A DNA stretch of 64,000 nucleotides from Candidatus Latescibacterota bacterium (GTDB lineage: Bacteria > Latescibacterota > UBA2968 > UBA8231): contig CBDCSU010000004.1 of the NCBI GenBank assembly GCA_965221775.1, forward strand, positions 1,116,011-1,180,010, read 5' to 3'. Position numbers and translations under genes: made by a program. Shown one piece after another: positions 28,097 to 38,801 of this stretch. Within the stretch, counting starts at the first letter, position 1; the number at the start of each line of letters is the position of its first letter. The notes beneath the pieces were generated by a model, which did no database searches, was not told the DNA's origin, and saw nothing but the letters and a program-made list of their open reading frames with translations.

Positions 28097-29152
28097 ATGA
28101 ACGACGACCGAACCAGCGGACTGTCCAGCGGCGAGAGGGCCCCCGATTTCGTCGCCCCCCTCGAGGGGGCCGGTCCGGCGCGCTTCTACGGGCGGGCCGG
28201 GGGAAGGCCCGCCCTGGTGATCTTCGCGGCCGGGGTGTGCGCGTCGACGCGGGCGGCTCTCGACATTGCGGAAGCGGCCGCCAGCCGTCACCTGGTCGTG
28301 CCCGACGAGGCCGAAGCGGCCCCCCTGCCGGAGGTCGACCTGTTCCGCGACGACGGCAAGCTGAGGGCGGCCTTCCGCCTGCCGGAGGACGGGTCCGCCC
28401 GCGCCGTCGTCCTCGACCGGAACCTGCGCGTTCTCGACGGCTTCGACCTCGGCGGCGAGGCCGCCGCCGGCCGGCTGGCGGGCCTGCTGCGCCAGGCCTC
28501 GGCCGAGGCCCCGGCCGCCACGGTCACCGCCCAGGCGCCGGTGCTCTTCGTCCCCCGCGTCCTCGATCCGGACCACTGCGAGCACTTGCGGCAACTCTGG
28601 TCCGGGGCCCACGCCGACACCGGCGTCGAGCGCTCGGCCGGGGGCCGCCGCCGGGAGGTGCTGGCGGCGGAATCCAAGCGCCGGCGGGATCACGTCGTCG
28701 AAGACCCCGACCTCCAGCGGCTGCTGACCCGGACCCTCGGCCGCCGGCTGCTGCCCGAGGTGCGGCGTCTCTTCGCCTTCGGCGCCGACCGCTTCGAAGG
28801 CTTCAAGATCGCCTGCTACGAGGCCTCCTCGAGCGGCTTCTTCGCCCCGCACCGCGACAACCTCAGCCCGGCCACCGCCCACCGGCGGTTCGCCCTCTCC
28901 CTCAACCTCAACGACGGCTACGACGGCGGCGAGCTGCGCTTCCCCGAGCACGGGGCGTCCCTCTACCGCCCGGCGGCGGGGGAAGCCCTCGTGTTCTCCT
29001 GCGCCATGCTGCACGAGGTCGTGCCGGTGACGCGGGGCCGGCGGTTCGCCCTGCTCTCCTTCCTCTTCGGACCGCAGACGGCGCGCGCCGGCGGCGCACG
29101 GGCCGCCCCGCCATCGTCGCCGCCGAAGCCTCCCGACACCGGAGAAAGCTGA
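28097..29152 (+). CDS. Redoxin-like plus 2OG-Fe(II) oxygenase fusion
   Basis: GERAPDF N-terminus; PHRDN, YDGGELRF, HEV.PV..G.R. Confidence 0.85.
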   Translation: MNDDRTSGLSSGERAPDFVAPLEGAGPARFYGRAGGRPALVIFAAGVCASTRAALDIAEAAASRHLVVPDEAEAAPLPEVDLFRDDGKLRAAFRLPEDGSARAVVLDRNLRVLDGFDLGGEAAAGRLAGLLRQASAEAPAATVTAQAPVLFVPRVLDPDHCEHLRQLWSGAHADTGVERSAGGRRREVLAAESKRRRDHVVEDPDLQRLLTRTLGRRLLPEVRRLFAFGADRFEGFKIACYEASSSGFFAPHRDNLSPATAHRRFALSLNLNDGYDGGELRFPEHGASLYRPAAGEALVFSCAMLHEVVPVTRGRRFALLSFLFGPQTARAGGARAAPPSSPPKPPDTGES

Positions 29153-29153
29153 A

Positions 29154-30419
29154 ATGCGCATCACCGAGATCGAGGTCATCCCCCTGCGCGTCCCCTACGA
29201 GGACCGCCTGCGCCGGCGCTATCACCACTTCCAGATGGGCGAGGAGGTGACCGTCTACAAGTTCCACACCGACTCGGGACTCGTCGGCCTCGGCGAGAAC
29301 CCCGGCCCGCCGCTGGCCGCCCCGGTGGTCGACGCCTACGCCGGCACCGATCCCTTCGACCACGTCATGAGCACCGGCCCCTTCAACCTGGACATGGCGT
29401 GCTACGACCTGATGGGCAAGCACCTCGGCGTGCCGATGTGGAAGGTCATGGGGCAGCAGGTGCGCCAGTGGGTGAGCATGGGCTGGTGGATGCCGTGCAT
29501 GTCCCCGGAGGACTCGGCCGAGGAGGTCCGGGTCGCCGCGGAGCGCGGCTACCGCGGGCTGAAGTGCAAGGCCCGCGCCTTCTACGACGTGGTCGAGCAG
29601 TCCCGGGCGATGCAGGAGGCGGCGCCGCCCGACTTCCGGGTGGAGTTCGACTTCAACGGCTGCCTGGTCGACGTCGAGCGCGCCCTGCCGATCCTGCGGC
29701 AACTCGAGGAGATCCCCGTGGTCAAGGGCGTGGAGGAGCCGATCTTCGCCTACGACGTGGAGGGCTGGAGGCGCCTGCACAAGGAGGTCCGCATCCCCTT
29801 CTACCTGCACGGCGTGAGCACCATCTTCGACGGCCCCTCGCGGCAGCCGTCGGGTCCGTGGCTGGGGCTGCGGGCGGGGGACTTCGACGGCGCCCTGTGC
29901 AGCCACGAGAACGTGCGCAACGCCATGGCCGCCTCGTGGGCCTTCGCCGCCGCCAACACGCCGATCCTGCTGCAGTACGTGGGCACCGGGATCACCGCCG
30001 CCTTCGCCTGCCACCTGGGCGCGGTCATGCACACCGCCACCCTGCCGGGGGTGACCGCCCATCACACTCGCGACGACCTGATCACCGAGCCCCACGTGAT
30101 GCAGCGCGGCTTCATGAAGGTCCCCGAGGGCCCCGGCCTGGGGGTCGCGCTGGACGAGGACGCGGTGGCCCGCTTCCGGGAGACGCCGGCCGCCGACTGG
30201 CCGCGCCACTTCTCGGTGGTCACCCTGCCCGGCGGGCTGCGGCACTACTACCGGAACCTGCAGCAGGCCGAGCGGCTGATGAAGCGGGGCGTGGACGAGG
30301 CCTTCGCCCCGGGGGTGCGCCTCGACGAGCGCGAGGACGACGGCAGCGACGAGTTCGACCGCATCTGGAACCGCCTGCAGGCGCAGGACTGGCCGATCTG
30401 GGAGACGGAGGGAGCGTGA
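29154..30419 (+). CDS. Mandelate racemase/muconate lactonizing (enolase superfamily) enzyme
   Basis: MACYDLMGK, KCK, DFN, EEP, PEGPGLGV. Confidence 0.88.
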   Translation: MRITEIEVIPLRVPYEDRLRRRYHHFQMGEEVTVYKFHTDSGLVGLGENPGPPLAAPVVDAYAGTDPFDHVMSTGPFNLDMACYDLMGKHLGVPMWKVMGQQVRQWVSMGWWMPCMSPEDSAEEVRVAAERGYRGLKCKARAFYDVVEQSRAMQEAAPPDFRVEFDFNGCLVDVERALPILRQLEEIPVVKGVEEPIFAYDVEGWRRLHKEVRIPFYLHGVSTIFDGPSRQPSGPWLGLRAGDFDGALCSHENVRNAMAASWAFAAANTPILLQYVGTGITAAFACHLGAVMHTATLPGVTAHHTRDDLITEPHVMQRGFMKVPEGPGLGVALDEDAVARFRETPAADWPRHFSVVTLPGGLRHYYRNLQQAERLMKRGVDEAFAPGVRLDEREDDGSDEFDRIWNRLQAQDWPIWETEGA

Positions 30420-31512
30420 CCTCGCCGGCGGCCGGAGGGACCGGCGGCCCCGGCGCCGGCGAGCTGCGCGCCATGCAGGCCGCCGACTACATCCTCCTCG
30501 ACCGCGGCGGCGAGCGGGCGCGGGTGCCGGTGCGCAAGACCCGGCTGCCCCTCGACCCCGTGGGCCACGTGCAGCGGCTGAACTTCGCCGCCGCCCCGGA
30601 CGGGACCCTGTACGCGGCCCAGCACAGCCTCTGGCACCGCTCTGCCGACGGCGGCGACAGCTGGACCCACCTGGAGCGCCCGTCGCCGGGGGGGGCTGGC
30701 GGCTGCAGTTCGCGCCGGACGGATCGATGGTGAACGTCAGCCCGGGGCCCGAGGGCCGGCCGGCCGTGTGGTCATCGGGGGACGAGGGGGAGAGCTGGCG
30801 CCGGATCGGCGGCCTCGATGTCGGCGGCGAGGAGGCGCGCCTCGACCTCGGGTTCTCGGTGACGCGGCTGCCCTGCGGCGCGCTGCTGGTCCCGCTCCTG
30901 GTGGTGGAGGGCGACGACGACACGGGATCGCGGACCTGCCACGTGTACCGGTCCGACGACGGCGGCCGCAACTGGGAGCGGGCCGGCACCATCGGCGAAT
31001 GGTGCCACGAGGTGAACCTGACGCCGCTGCCCGACGGCCGCCTGCTGGCCGTGATCCGCTACCAGCGCCCGCGGTTGAAGGGAGACTCGGAAGAGCTCCT
31101 CCAGGCCGCCCGGCACCCCGACTGGCCGTACAAGCACGTCTTCCTCTCCCACTCCCGGGACGAGGGCGCCACCTGGGAGCCGCCGCGCCAGCTGTGCACG
31201 GTCTACGGGCAGTGCTACGGCGCCGCCGGCGTGCTCGCCGACAACACCGTCGCCGTCGTCCACGACCACCGCTATCCGCGGTCCCTCGGCAGCGGCCGGG
31301 CGCGGGTCAGCCGCGACGGCGGCGACTCCTTCGGCGACGAGGTCTACTACCTGGTCCACGGGTACGCCGCGGGGTACGCCGCCACCCTCTCCCCCGACGG
31401 CGAGACCTTCCTGACCTTCGCCGGCTCTTGCTACGCCGACGTCGACTCCGGCTGGAACGCCGCCATCGGCACGACCCGGTTCCAGATCATCCGCTGGCGG
31501 CCGGTCGACTGA
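30416..31512 (+). pseudogene. BNR/sialidase-fold gene frameshifted at a G8 tract (30688-30695)
   Basis: Frame A (GTGA-coupled) has Asp-box SADGGDSW; frame B continues GWRLQFAPDGSMVN...SGDEGESW, SDDGGRNW, SRDEGATW; adding one G fuses them. Confidence 0.75.
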
Positions 31513-31525
31513 GGGCTCCCCGCCC

Positions 31526-32545
31526 TCAGGAGCGGTCCTGCTCGACGAACTGGATCCACAGGGGGCTCTCGCCGACGTCGCAGGTCTGGATCCGCTCCAG
31601 GGCGCCGCTGCCGGCGTCGATGCGGAAGACCGCCACCTTCCCCGAGGTCTGCCCCGCGGAGTAGAGGTACCGGCCCGTGGGGTCCAGGTCGAAGAACCGG
31701 GGCGTCGCCTCGGTGGGGGTGTGCCCCTTGGGCGTGAGCCGGCCGTCGCCGGCGACCTCGAAGAGGGCGAGGCTGTCGTGGCCGCGGTTGGAGCCGTAGA
31801 GGTGGCGGCCGTCGGGGGTGATGGCGATCTCCGCCGTGGACTCGCCCTCGGCGGGGGCGCCGTGGGGCAGGGTGGAGAGAACCTGGAAGGAGGAGAGCCG
31901 GCCGCTCTCGGCGTCGAAGTGGTGGGCGGAGACGGTGCAGCCGTCCTCGTTGATGGAGTAGAGGACGTGCAGGGACGGGTGGAAGACGAAGTGGCGGGGG
32001 CCTTCGGCGGTCTCGGGCTGGATCTTCGGCGGGTCGTTGGCCGTCAGGGCCCCGGTGGCCTCGTCGAAGCGGAACTGGAAGATGGCGTTGCCCGGCACGG
32101 TGTGCGGCACGTAGGCGAAGCGGTTGGAGCGGTCGGTCTGGATGCTGTGGGCGTGGGTGTCGGTCTCGATCCACTGCAGCGGCTCCGGCGACAGGCTGCC
32201 GTCGGCGCCGATGCCGTGGACGGAGACGCCGCCGGCGCCGTAGTAGGTGGCCAGCAGGAAGCGGTCGGTGTTGTCCGTGGCCAGGTAGGGGGCCCCCTCG
32301 GAGACGCTGGTGGCGCCGATCCTCGACAAGGCGCCGCTGCCGCGGTCGAGGTCGTAGCTGACGTACTCCCCCTGGGAGCGCAGACAGGCGAAGAGGCGGC
32401 TGCCGTCGCGGTTGGTGGCCAGGGCTCCCGGCGAGCCCCCCAGGGAGATGTCGGCCTGCGCCTCCAGGAGGCCGCTCTCCTCGTCCATCAGGAAGTGGGA
32501 CAGGAAGTCGCTTCCGGCGTTCGACACGTACACGTGGTAGGGCAT
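31526..32545 (-). CDS. pgl: Lactonase family beta-propeller (6-phosphogluconolactonase-like)
   Basis: HAHSI, EGPRHFVFHP, SNRGHDS, TPRFF. Confidence 0.85.
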   Translation of the reverse strand: MPYHVYVSNAGSDFLSHFLMDEESGLLEAQADISLGGSPGALATNRDGSRLFACLRSQGEYVSYDLDRGSGALSRIGATSVSEGAPYLATDNTDRFLLATYYGAGGVSVHGIGADGSLSPEPLQWIETDTHAHSIQTDRSNRFAYVPHTVPGNAIFQFRFDEATGALTANDPPKIQPETAEGPRHFVFHPSLHVLYSINEDGCTVSAHHFDAESGRLSSFQVLSTLPHGAPAEGESTAEIAITPDGRHLYGSNRGHDSLALFEVAGDGRLTPKGHTPTEATPRFFDLDPTGRYLYSAGQTSGKVAVFRIDAGSGALERIQTCDVGESPLWIQFVEQDRS

Positions 32546-32686
32546 GATCTCTCCTCGTCCTTCGGTTGTCCACCGCTGTCGACGGCCCCCCGGGGAGGCC
32601 GGGCCGCAGGAAGATAAGGCCCCTTCCCGGGAGCGCGAGCCCCCTGGTTTGGCGCCCCCGGGCGCGGGGTCTACCGTTGTGCGGCC

Positions 32687-34849
32687 ATGAGAATCGGAAT
32701 CCCCCAGGACTTCCGCCGCTACCTGTCCCTGCGGGGCGCCTCGGTGACCCGCGAGGCGGACCAGGACCACCAGCCCCTGACCGCCCGCGCCCTGGCGGTG
32801 GGCACCTTCCTCTCCTTCTTCCTCGGCGTCGGCTCCAACTACGGCGACATCGTGATCAAGGGCAGCTACATGACCCTCGACATGAGCACGCCGGGGGCGA
32901 TCTTCCTGTTCCTCTTCCTGGTAGGGTTCCTCAACACCCTCTTCAAGGCCTCGGCGCGGGCCTGGTGGATCTCCGCCGCGGTCACCGCCGCCCTGGGCGC
33001 GGCCTGCGGCTACCGCTTCGCCCCCTTCGACCAGCTGCCCCTGTACTCCCCCGCCGTGCTCCTCTGCGGGTTCCTGCTGACGGCGATGGCGGTCAACACC
33101 GTTCTCGCCGCCGGAGGCCGCAGCCTGGCCCTCAACCGCTCGGAGCTGATCGTCGTCTACATCATGCTCATCGTCGTCGCCTCGGTCTCGACCATGGGAG
33201 TGTGCGAGGCGATCCTGCCGTCGATGAGCGGCTTCTTCTACTACGCCAACCCCGAGAACAAGTGGCAGGAGCTCCTCCTCCCGCACCTGCCGGCGGCCCT
33301 CACCGTCGACGACGGCAGCGGCAACGAGGCGTTCTTCGAGGGCCTCGGCGCCGACGCCTACAGCGTGCCCTGGGAGCTGTGGCTGCGGCCGGTGGCCCTG
33401 TGGGGCATCTTCCTCGCCGCCCTCTACCTGGCCATGGTCGGCATCGCCGTCATCCTGCGGCGCCAGTGGATGGACCGCGAGCGGCTCTCCTACCCGCTGG
33501 TGCAGGCGGCCCAGGTCATGATCCGCGGCGAGGAGCCCGGCCGGCTGGTCAACCCCTTCTTCCGGAGCCGCGTCATGTGGGCCGGCGCCTCCGTGCCCAT
33601 GCTCGTCGGCCTGCTCACCGGCCTCAACAAGTACCTCGGGGCGTTTCCGATCATACCCACGGCCTGGTCGATCCCCATCGGCTTCGGCCAGTCCCTCAAC
33701 ATGACCCTCAGCTTCGCCGTCGTCGGGTTCTCCTACCTCATCGGACCGGACATCGCCGCGGGCATCTGGGGCTTCGCCCTGCTGTCGAAGGTGGAGAAGA
33801 TGGTCTTCGTCGCCAACGGCGTGACCAAGCAGCAGGACGTGTGGGGCGTCCACGTGACGGAGCTGATGAACTACCAGGGCCTCGGCGCCCTGCTCCTCTT
33901 CGTCGCCCTCGGCCTGTGGGTCGGCCGCGAGCACCTGAAGCAGGTGGGCCGGTGCTTCCTCGGCCTCGACACGCCGCTGAGCGACGACGACGAGATCATG
34001 TCCTACCGCACCGCCGTGCTCGCCACCCTCCTCGGCACGGCGGTGATGGTGGCGTGGTTCGCCTTCATCGGCACGCCCCTGTGGGCCAGCCTGCTCTTCA
34101 TCGTCCTGGTCATGGCGATCTTCACGGCCCTCACGCGAGTCGTCGCCGAGTCGGGGGTGGCCGCCATCATCACTCCCATGAACGCGCCCGACTTCATGAT
34201 GTTCGGCCTCGGCTCGAAGCTCGTGGGCATCAAGGCGATCGCCAACTTCTCCCTCGGCTACATCTTCCTCGCCGACCTGCGCGTCTTCCTCATGGGCGTC
34301 GTCGCCAACGGCCTCAAGCTGATCGAGGGCATGAGCCGGCAGAGCCGCCGGGTGGTGATGCAGGCGATCCTCATCGCCCTGTTCTGCGGCGTCGCCGGCT
34401 CCCTGTACACGGTGCTGGAACTCTCCTACCGCGACGGCGGCATCAACTTCAGCGGCTGGTTCTTCAAGAGCCTGCCCCTGCGCATGGGCAACACCGCCCT
34501 GAAGGGCATGGAAACCCTCGGCGTCTACTGGGCCGGGCTGGGTTTCGCCGGCATCGGCGCGGCGGGCATGGTGGTCCTCACCTGGCTGCGCCAGCGCTTC
34601 CTGTGGTGGCCCCTGCACCCGATCGGCTTTCCCATCATGACGAGCTGGGTCATCGACTGGATGTGGTTCAGCGTGTTCTTCGCCTGGCTCGTGAAGGTGA
34701 CGGTCCTCAAGTACGGCGGCGCCGCCCTCTACACCCGCAGCCGCGACTTCTTCCTCGGCATGATCGTGGGCCGCATGCTGATCAGCGGCGGCTGGCTCGT
34801 GGTCGACTACATGACCGGCATGGTCGGCAATTCCATATTCTGGATCTGA
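32687..34849 (+). CDS. DUF6785/DUF6784 polytopic membrane protein (putative transporter)
   Basis: Many TM segments; LRRQW..ERLSYPL, RVVAESG, WWPLHPIG, LKYGG. Confidence 0.78.
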   Translation: MRIGIPQDFRRYLSLRGASVTREADQDHQPLTARALAVGTFLSFFLGVGSNYGDIVIKGSYMTLDMSTPGAIFLFLFLVGFLNTLFKASARAWWISAAVTAALGAACGYRFAPFDQLPLYSPAVLLCGFLLTAMAVNTVLAAGGRSLALNRSELIVVYIMLIVVASVSTMGVCEAILPSMSGFFYYANPENKWQELLLPHLPAALTVDDGSGNEAFFEGLGADAYSVPWELWLRPVALWGIFLAALYLAMVGIAVILRRQWMDRERLSYPLVQAAQVMIRGEEPGRLVNPFFRSRVMWAGASVPMLVGLLTGLNKYLGAFPIIPTAWSIPIGFGQSLNMTLSFAVVGFSYLIGPDIAAGIWGFALLSKVEKMVFVANGVTKQQDVWGVHVTELMNYQGLGALLLFVALGLWVGREHLKQVGRCFLGLDTPLSDDDEIMSYRTAVLATLLGTAVMVAWFAFIGTPLWASLLFIVLVMAIFTALTRVVAESGVAAIITPMNAPDFMMFGLGSKLVGIKAIANFSLGYIFLADLRVFLMGVVANGLKLIEGMSRQSRRVVMQAILIALFCGVAGSLYTVLELSYRDGGINFSGWFFKSLPLRMGNTALKGMETLGVYWAGLGFAGIGAAGMVVLTWLRQRFLWWPLHPIGFPIMTSWVIDWMWFSVFFAWLVKVTVLKYGGAALYTRSRDFFLGMIVGRMLISGGWLVVDYMTGMVGNSIFWI

Positions 34850-34873
34850 TTCCAGGGAAGTCGAGGAGAGAGC

Positions 34874-36109
34874 ATGCGCATCAGCCAGGTCGACATCATC
34901 CCCATCCGCCCGCGCTTCGCCCGGCGCTACGACGGCCACGAGATCCGCATGCGGTCGATCGATCAGCGCACCGTCTTCCGCGTCACCTGCGACAACGGCG
35001 TCGTCGGCTACGGCGACTACCGCTGCGCGGCGCCGCCGCAGTCGGTGGCCGACGCCATGCTCGGGCAGAGCCCCTTCGCCTTCCTGCGCGACGAGAGCCT
35101 GCCCCTGGGCCTGGGCGCCGCCTGCCACGACGCCGCCGGCAAGCACCTCGGGATCCCCGCCTGGCAACTGATGGGGTCGCGGCAGCGGCAGCGGGTGCCG
35201 GTCTGCGCCTGGACGCGTCCGGGCCCGCCGGCGGTGATGGCGGCGGAGATCGAGCGCGCCGCCGCCGAGGGCTACCTGCTCTTCAAGGTCCACACCTGCC
35301 AGCACCACGACCTGCTGGAGCAGCATCGCGCCATCGACGACGCGGCGCCCGCCGGCTTCCGCATGCACTACGACTTCAACCACAACCGCACCCTGGCGGC
35401 GGTGCTGCCGATTCTCGAGCAGCTGCCCATGGCGCGCGTCGCCTGCGTCGAGGACCCCGTGGTCCTCAGCGACCTCGAGGGCTGGCGGCGCCTGCGCGAG
35501 CGCCTGCCGGTGCCGGTGCTGATGCACGTGCCGCCCCTGAACGGCATCCAGGAGATGCTCATGGGCTGCGCCGACGGCTACATCATCGGCGAGTACTGCG
35601 GCGGCTTCGGAGACGCCCTGGTCCGCGGCCACGCCTACGCCCGCGCCGGCCTGCTCAATGTGGTGCAGCTCACCGGCGGCATGCTCACCAAGGCCTTCGC
35701 CCTGCACTTCGCCTGCACCCTGCCCAAGGGGCACACGATCAACCTCGTGGACCAGTACGAGGACGACGTGACCCGCCAGGTCATCCCCGTCGACGCCGGC
35801 AGCTCGCCCGTGCCCGAAGGGCCGGGCCTCGGGATCGAGGTGGACGAGGAGGCCCTGGCCGAGCTGGCGTCGCGGCCGGCGCCGCGGCTCCCCGAGCACG
35901 TGGGGGTCCTGCGCATGGCCGACGGCCGCCTCCTCTACACGCCCTCGATCCCCGACCCGAGCCAGGTCCTCGGCTTCGAGGAGGGCACCCTGCGGGGCGT
36001 CGACTGCGAGATCTGGGAGGACGACGGCTCGGAGGAGTTCCGGCGCGTCCGGGAGCGGGTTTCCCGGGGGGGCTACTGGTTGGCGCCGGCCGGGGAGGAG
36101 CGGGGGTGA
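34874..36109 (+). CDS. Mandelate racemase/enolase superfamily enzyme
   Basis: ACHDAAGK, KVH, DFN, EDP, PEGPGLGI. Confidence 0.85.
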   Translation: MRISQVDIIPIRPRFARRYDGHEIRMRSIDQRTVFRVTCDNGVVGYGDYRCAAPPQSVADAMLGQSPFAFLRDESLPLGLGAACHDAAGKHLGIPAWQLMGSRQRQRVPVCAWTRPGPPAVMAAEIERAAAEGYLLFKVHTCQHHDLLEQHRAIDDAAPAGFRMHYDFNHNRTLAAVLPILEQLPMARVACVEDPVVLSDLEGWRRLRERLPVPVLMHVPPLNGIQEMLMGCADGYIIGEYCGGFGDALVRGHAYARAGLLNVVQLTGGMLTKAFALHFACTLPKGHTINLVDQYEDDVTRQVIPVDAGSSPVPEGPGLGIEVDEEALAELASRPAPRLPEHVGVLRMADGRLLYTPSIPDPSQVLGFEEGTLRGVDCEIWEDDGSEEFRRVRERVSRGGYWLAPAGEERG

Positions 36110-36227
36110 GTACCTTTGGAGCCGCGGCCGATGGCCGAGGGCATGCCGGATTCGCAGGGGCTTTTTCCGCCCTTGCCTTTCGGGTCTCCCTTGGTCAAGT
36201 TAGGCTCCCCTATTCGGGACAGAGGGC

Positions 36228-37244
36228 ATGACGAAGAAACAGGTCACCATCAAGGACATCGCCGGGGAACTGGGCGTCTCTCACATGACGGTCTCGCGGG
36301 CCCTGTCGCCGGACCCCGAGACGGCGGCCCTGGTGACCGGGAAGACCCGGGACCGCATCCAGAAGCTGGCCGCCGACCTGGGCTACACGCCCAACCTGAT
36401 GGCCAGGGGGTTCGTCACGGGAAGGACGAACACCCTCGGCCTGCTGACCTACGAGATCAACCGCGAGCCCTTCGGCCGTCAGGCCGACGAGATTCTCCGG
36501 GCCGCGGACCGGCAGGACTACCAGATCCTGGTGGCCCTGGCCTCCAGCGTCGGCCCCTCGGACGCGCCGGAGGACCGGAGCCGGCAGATACAGCAGATGA
36601 TGTCCCGAGGCGTGGACGGGCTGCTCATACAAGCGCGAGGGACGAAGGGAGAGTCCGAGCTCATTCTGCGGACGGTGAAGGGGCGGGTGCCGGTGGTGAC
36701 CTTCTTCCAGCCCTCGACCCCGGACTTGAGCGGGGTCGTCCTCGACGAGGCGGAGGGGATTCTCGAAGCCACCTCGCACCTGGTACGCCGGGGGCACGAG
36801 CGGATCGGGTTCGTCGGAACCCATTGGGCCGATGATCTCCCCGGGTCGGCCAAGGCCCGGGGGTATGTCCGTGCCATGGAGACGCAGGGCCTGGCGCCGG
36901 AGCACCTCTGCTCGCCTGCCCCCATGCAAGCGGCGTACGAGCTGGGCAAGACGGTGGCGGACCGGTTCACGGCGTTCGTCTGCCGAAGCGACTACGTGGC
37001 CATCGGCCTCTGCCGCGGGCTGCAGGAGACCGGGCTCCGCGTCCCCGAGGATGTGGCCGTAGTCGGTTGCGGGGATCTGGACGTGTCCGCCTATTCCACT
37101 CCGCCCCTGACGACGCTGGCCATTCCCTACGACAAGATCGCCGAGGCGGTGATGGACCTGATGCTGGAACAGCTTCAGGGCGACTCCCCCCCTCGGCAGG
37201 TGACTCTGACCCACCGGCTGATCGTGCGCGACTCCTGCGGCTGA
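36228..37244 (+). CDS. LacI family transcriptional regulator
   Basis: TIKDIA.ELGVSHMTVSRAL, GYTPN, VPEDVAVVG, PPLTT. Confidence 0.95.
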   Translation: MTKKQVTIKDIAGELGVSHMTVSRALSPDPETAALVTGKTRDRIQKLAADLGYTPNLMARGFVTGRTNTLGLLTYEINREPFGRQADEILRAADRQDYQILVALASSVGPSDAPEDRSRQIQQMMSRGVDGLLIQARGTKGESELILRTVKGRVPVVTFFQPSTPDLSGVVLDEAEGILEATSHLVRRGHERIGFVGTHWADDLPGSAKARGYVRAMETQGLAPEHLCSPAPMQAAYELGKTVADRFTAFVCRSDYVAIGLCRGLQETGLRVPEDVAVVGCGDLDVSAYSTPPLTTLAIPYDKIAEAVMDLMLEQLQGDSPPRQVTLTHRLIVRDSCG

Positions 37245-37322
37245 CCCGTCCCGGCGTCACCGCCGTCGGATCGCGCAACCCCCCGGGCCAGCCGCTCGTC
37301 GCCTGCGGCGGCGCCGCCGGAC

Positions 37323-38678
37323 TCACGTCATCCACCGCGGCCAGACCGCCTCGGCCAGGAAGAGCTGCGACTGCCGGGCGCTGCCCGCGCCCCAGGCCGT
37401 CCAGCGGTCGTCGGGGGAGAACACCGGGTGCGGATGGATGCAGCGCCACACCGTGTCGTGGCGCGCCAGCGGCCGCATCTCCAGGAACGGTCCGCGCTTG
37501 CGGAACACGCCGATCCAGCGGTGCGCCTCCGGCCAGCGGTAGCCTTCCGGCCCGATCGCCTCGGGGTCGCGGCGCGCCGAGGACACCGGGCCTTCGGCGG
37601 CCTCGCCCTCCCCTTCCTGCACGTACCGCTCCAGGTCGGCGCGTCCCTCGAACCAGAACGGGCCGGGGTCGGCGGCGTCTCCCACCCAGAGGTCGGACTT
37701 CGAGTTGCACTTGAAGTGGATCGGCTCGCGGCCCGGAAAGACCCAGCGGCGGTCGACGCGGTTGACCAGGTCGACGTCGATCATCTCGGCGCGCCGCACC
37801 GGGCTCACCGGGATGCCGTCGCGGTCGTGCTGGGTATAGGTGAACAACAGCGACTGCACGTGGTTGTCCGGCGCCGGGTAGTAGTGGTTGACCATCTCGA
37901 AGGGCTGCTGAGCGAAGATCGGCAGCGGGTCCTGGAGCGGCACCAGCCGCTCCAGATCGACGCGCATGAACCACATCGTCTTCAGCCCCGTGGGCTGGGT
38001 GCGGGTGTAGCTGCCGAAGAACAGGTAGGACGGGTCGCCGCGGCAGATGAACAGGTGACTGTCCGCCGCGGCGCGGTTCTCCGCGCTCGGGCCGTGGTAG
38101 ACGACCGCCTGCCGCCCCTCCTGCAGGTCGCACAGCACCACCAGGGTCTCGCTGCCATGCCGGTAGCGGCTCTCGTCCCGCCACGGCCACGCCGATGCGC
38201 CCTCCGGCCGGCAGCTCAGCACCATGTAGCGCCCGCAGCTCGACAGGTCGGGACCGCCCAGCGAACCGCATCCCGGCGGCGACTCGGCCACGACCTCCTC
38301 GCGCAGGGTCTCCATGTCCAGGCTGCAGACCCGCTTGCCGCGGCTGTAGTAGATGCGTCCGCGCGCCGGGTCGCAGGTCAGGCCGCCCGAGCCCGCTCCC
38401 CCGCCGGGCCGATTCTCGATGCCGGCCAGCACCGGCGGATCGTCGGAGTCGGTGAGCTGCACGATCCTGCCGGAGGCGATCTCCACCGCGTAGATCTGGC
38501 CGATGCCCGACCGGTTGGAAGAGAACACGTAGCGCCCGGACCCGTCGACGAACCCCTCCTGGTTGTAGTACGGGTGCACGTTGTGGCACGGCGCGTCGGT
38601 GAGCTGCACCACTCTCACCCCCGTCGCCGGCTCGCGGTACTCCCGTTTCTCCGAAGACAGAACGTCACCCTGTGCCAT
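37323..38678 (-). CDS. Oligogalacturonate lyase-like beta-propeller
   Basis: TGVRVVQLT, HPYY, FSSNRSG, HPHPVFSPD. Confidence 0.72.
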   Translation of the reverse strand: MAQGDVLSSEKREYREPATGVRVVQLTDAPCHNVHPYYNQEGFVDGSGRYVFSSNRSGIGQIYAVEIASGRIVQLTDSDDPPVLAGIENRPGGGAGSGGLTCDPARGRIYYSRGKRVCSLDMETLREEVVAESPPGCGSLGGPDLSSCGRYMVLSCRPEGASAWPWRDESRYRHGSETLVVLCDLQEGRQAVVYHGPSAENRAAADSHLFICRGDPSYLFFGSYTRTQPTGLKTMWFMRVDLERLVPLQDPLPIFAQQPFEMVNHYYPAPDNHVQSLLFTYTQHDRDGIPVSPVRRAEMIDVDLVNRVDRRWVFPGREPIHFKCNSKSDLWVGDAADPGPFWFEGRADLERYVQEGEGEAAEGPVSSARRDPEAIGPEGYRWPEAHRWIGVFRKRGPFLEMRPLARHDTVWRCIHPHPVFSPDDRWTAWGAGSARQSQLFLAEAVWPRWMT

Positions 38679-38801
38679 CTGTGGCCTCCTCGCCGTCAGG
38701 CCGCGCCCGCGGCCGAGTGTGAGAGGCAATCTTAGGCCCGGCGAGTCGCTTCGTCACCGCACCGCTTGCTCCCCGGTCGGGCTCTGCAGAGCTTCTGCGC
38801 C

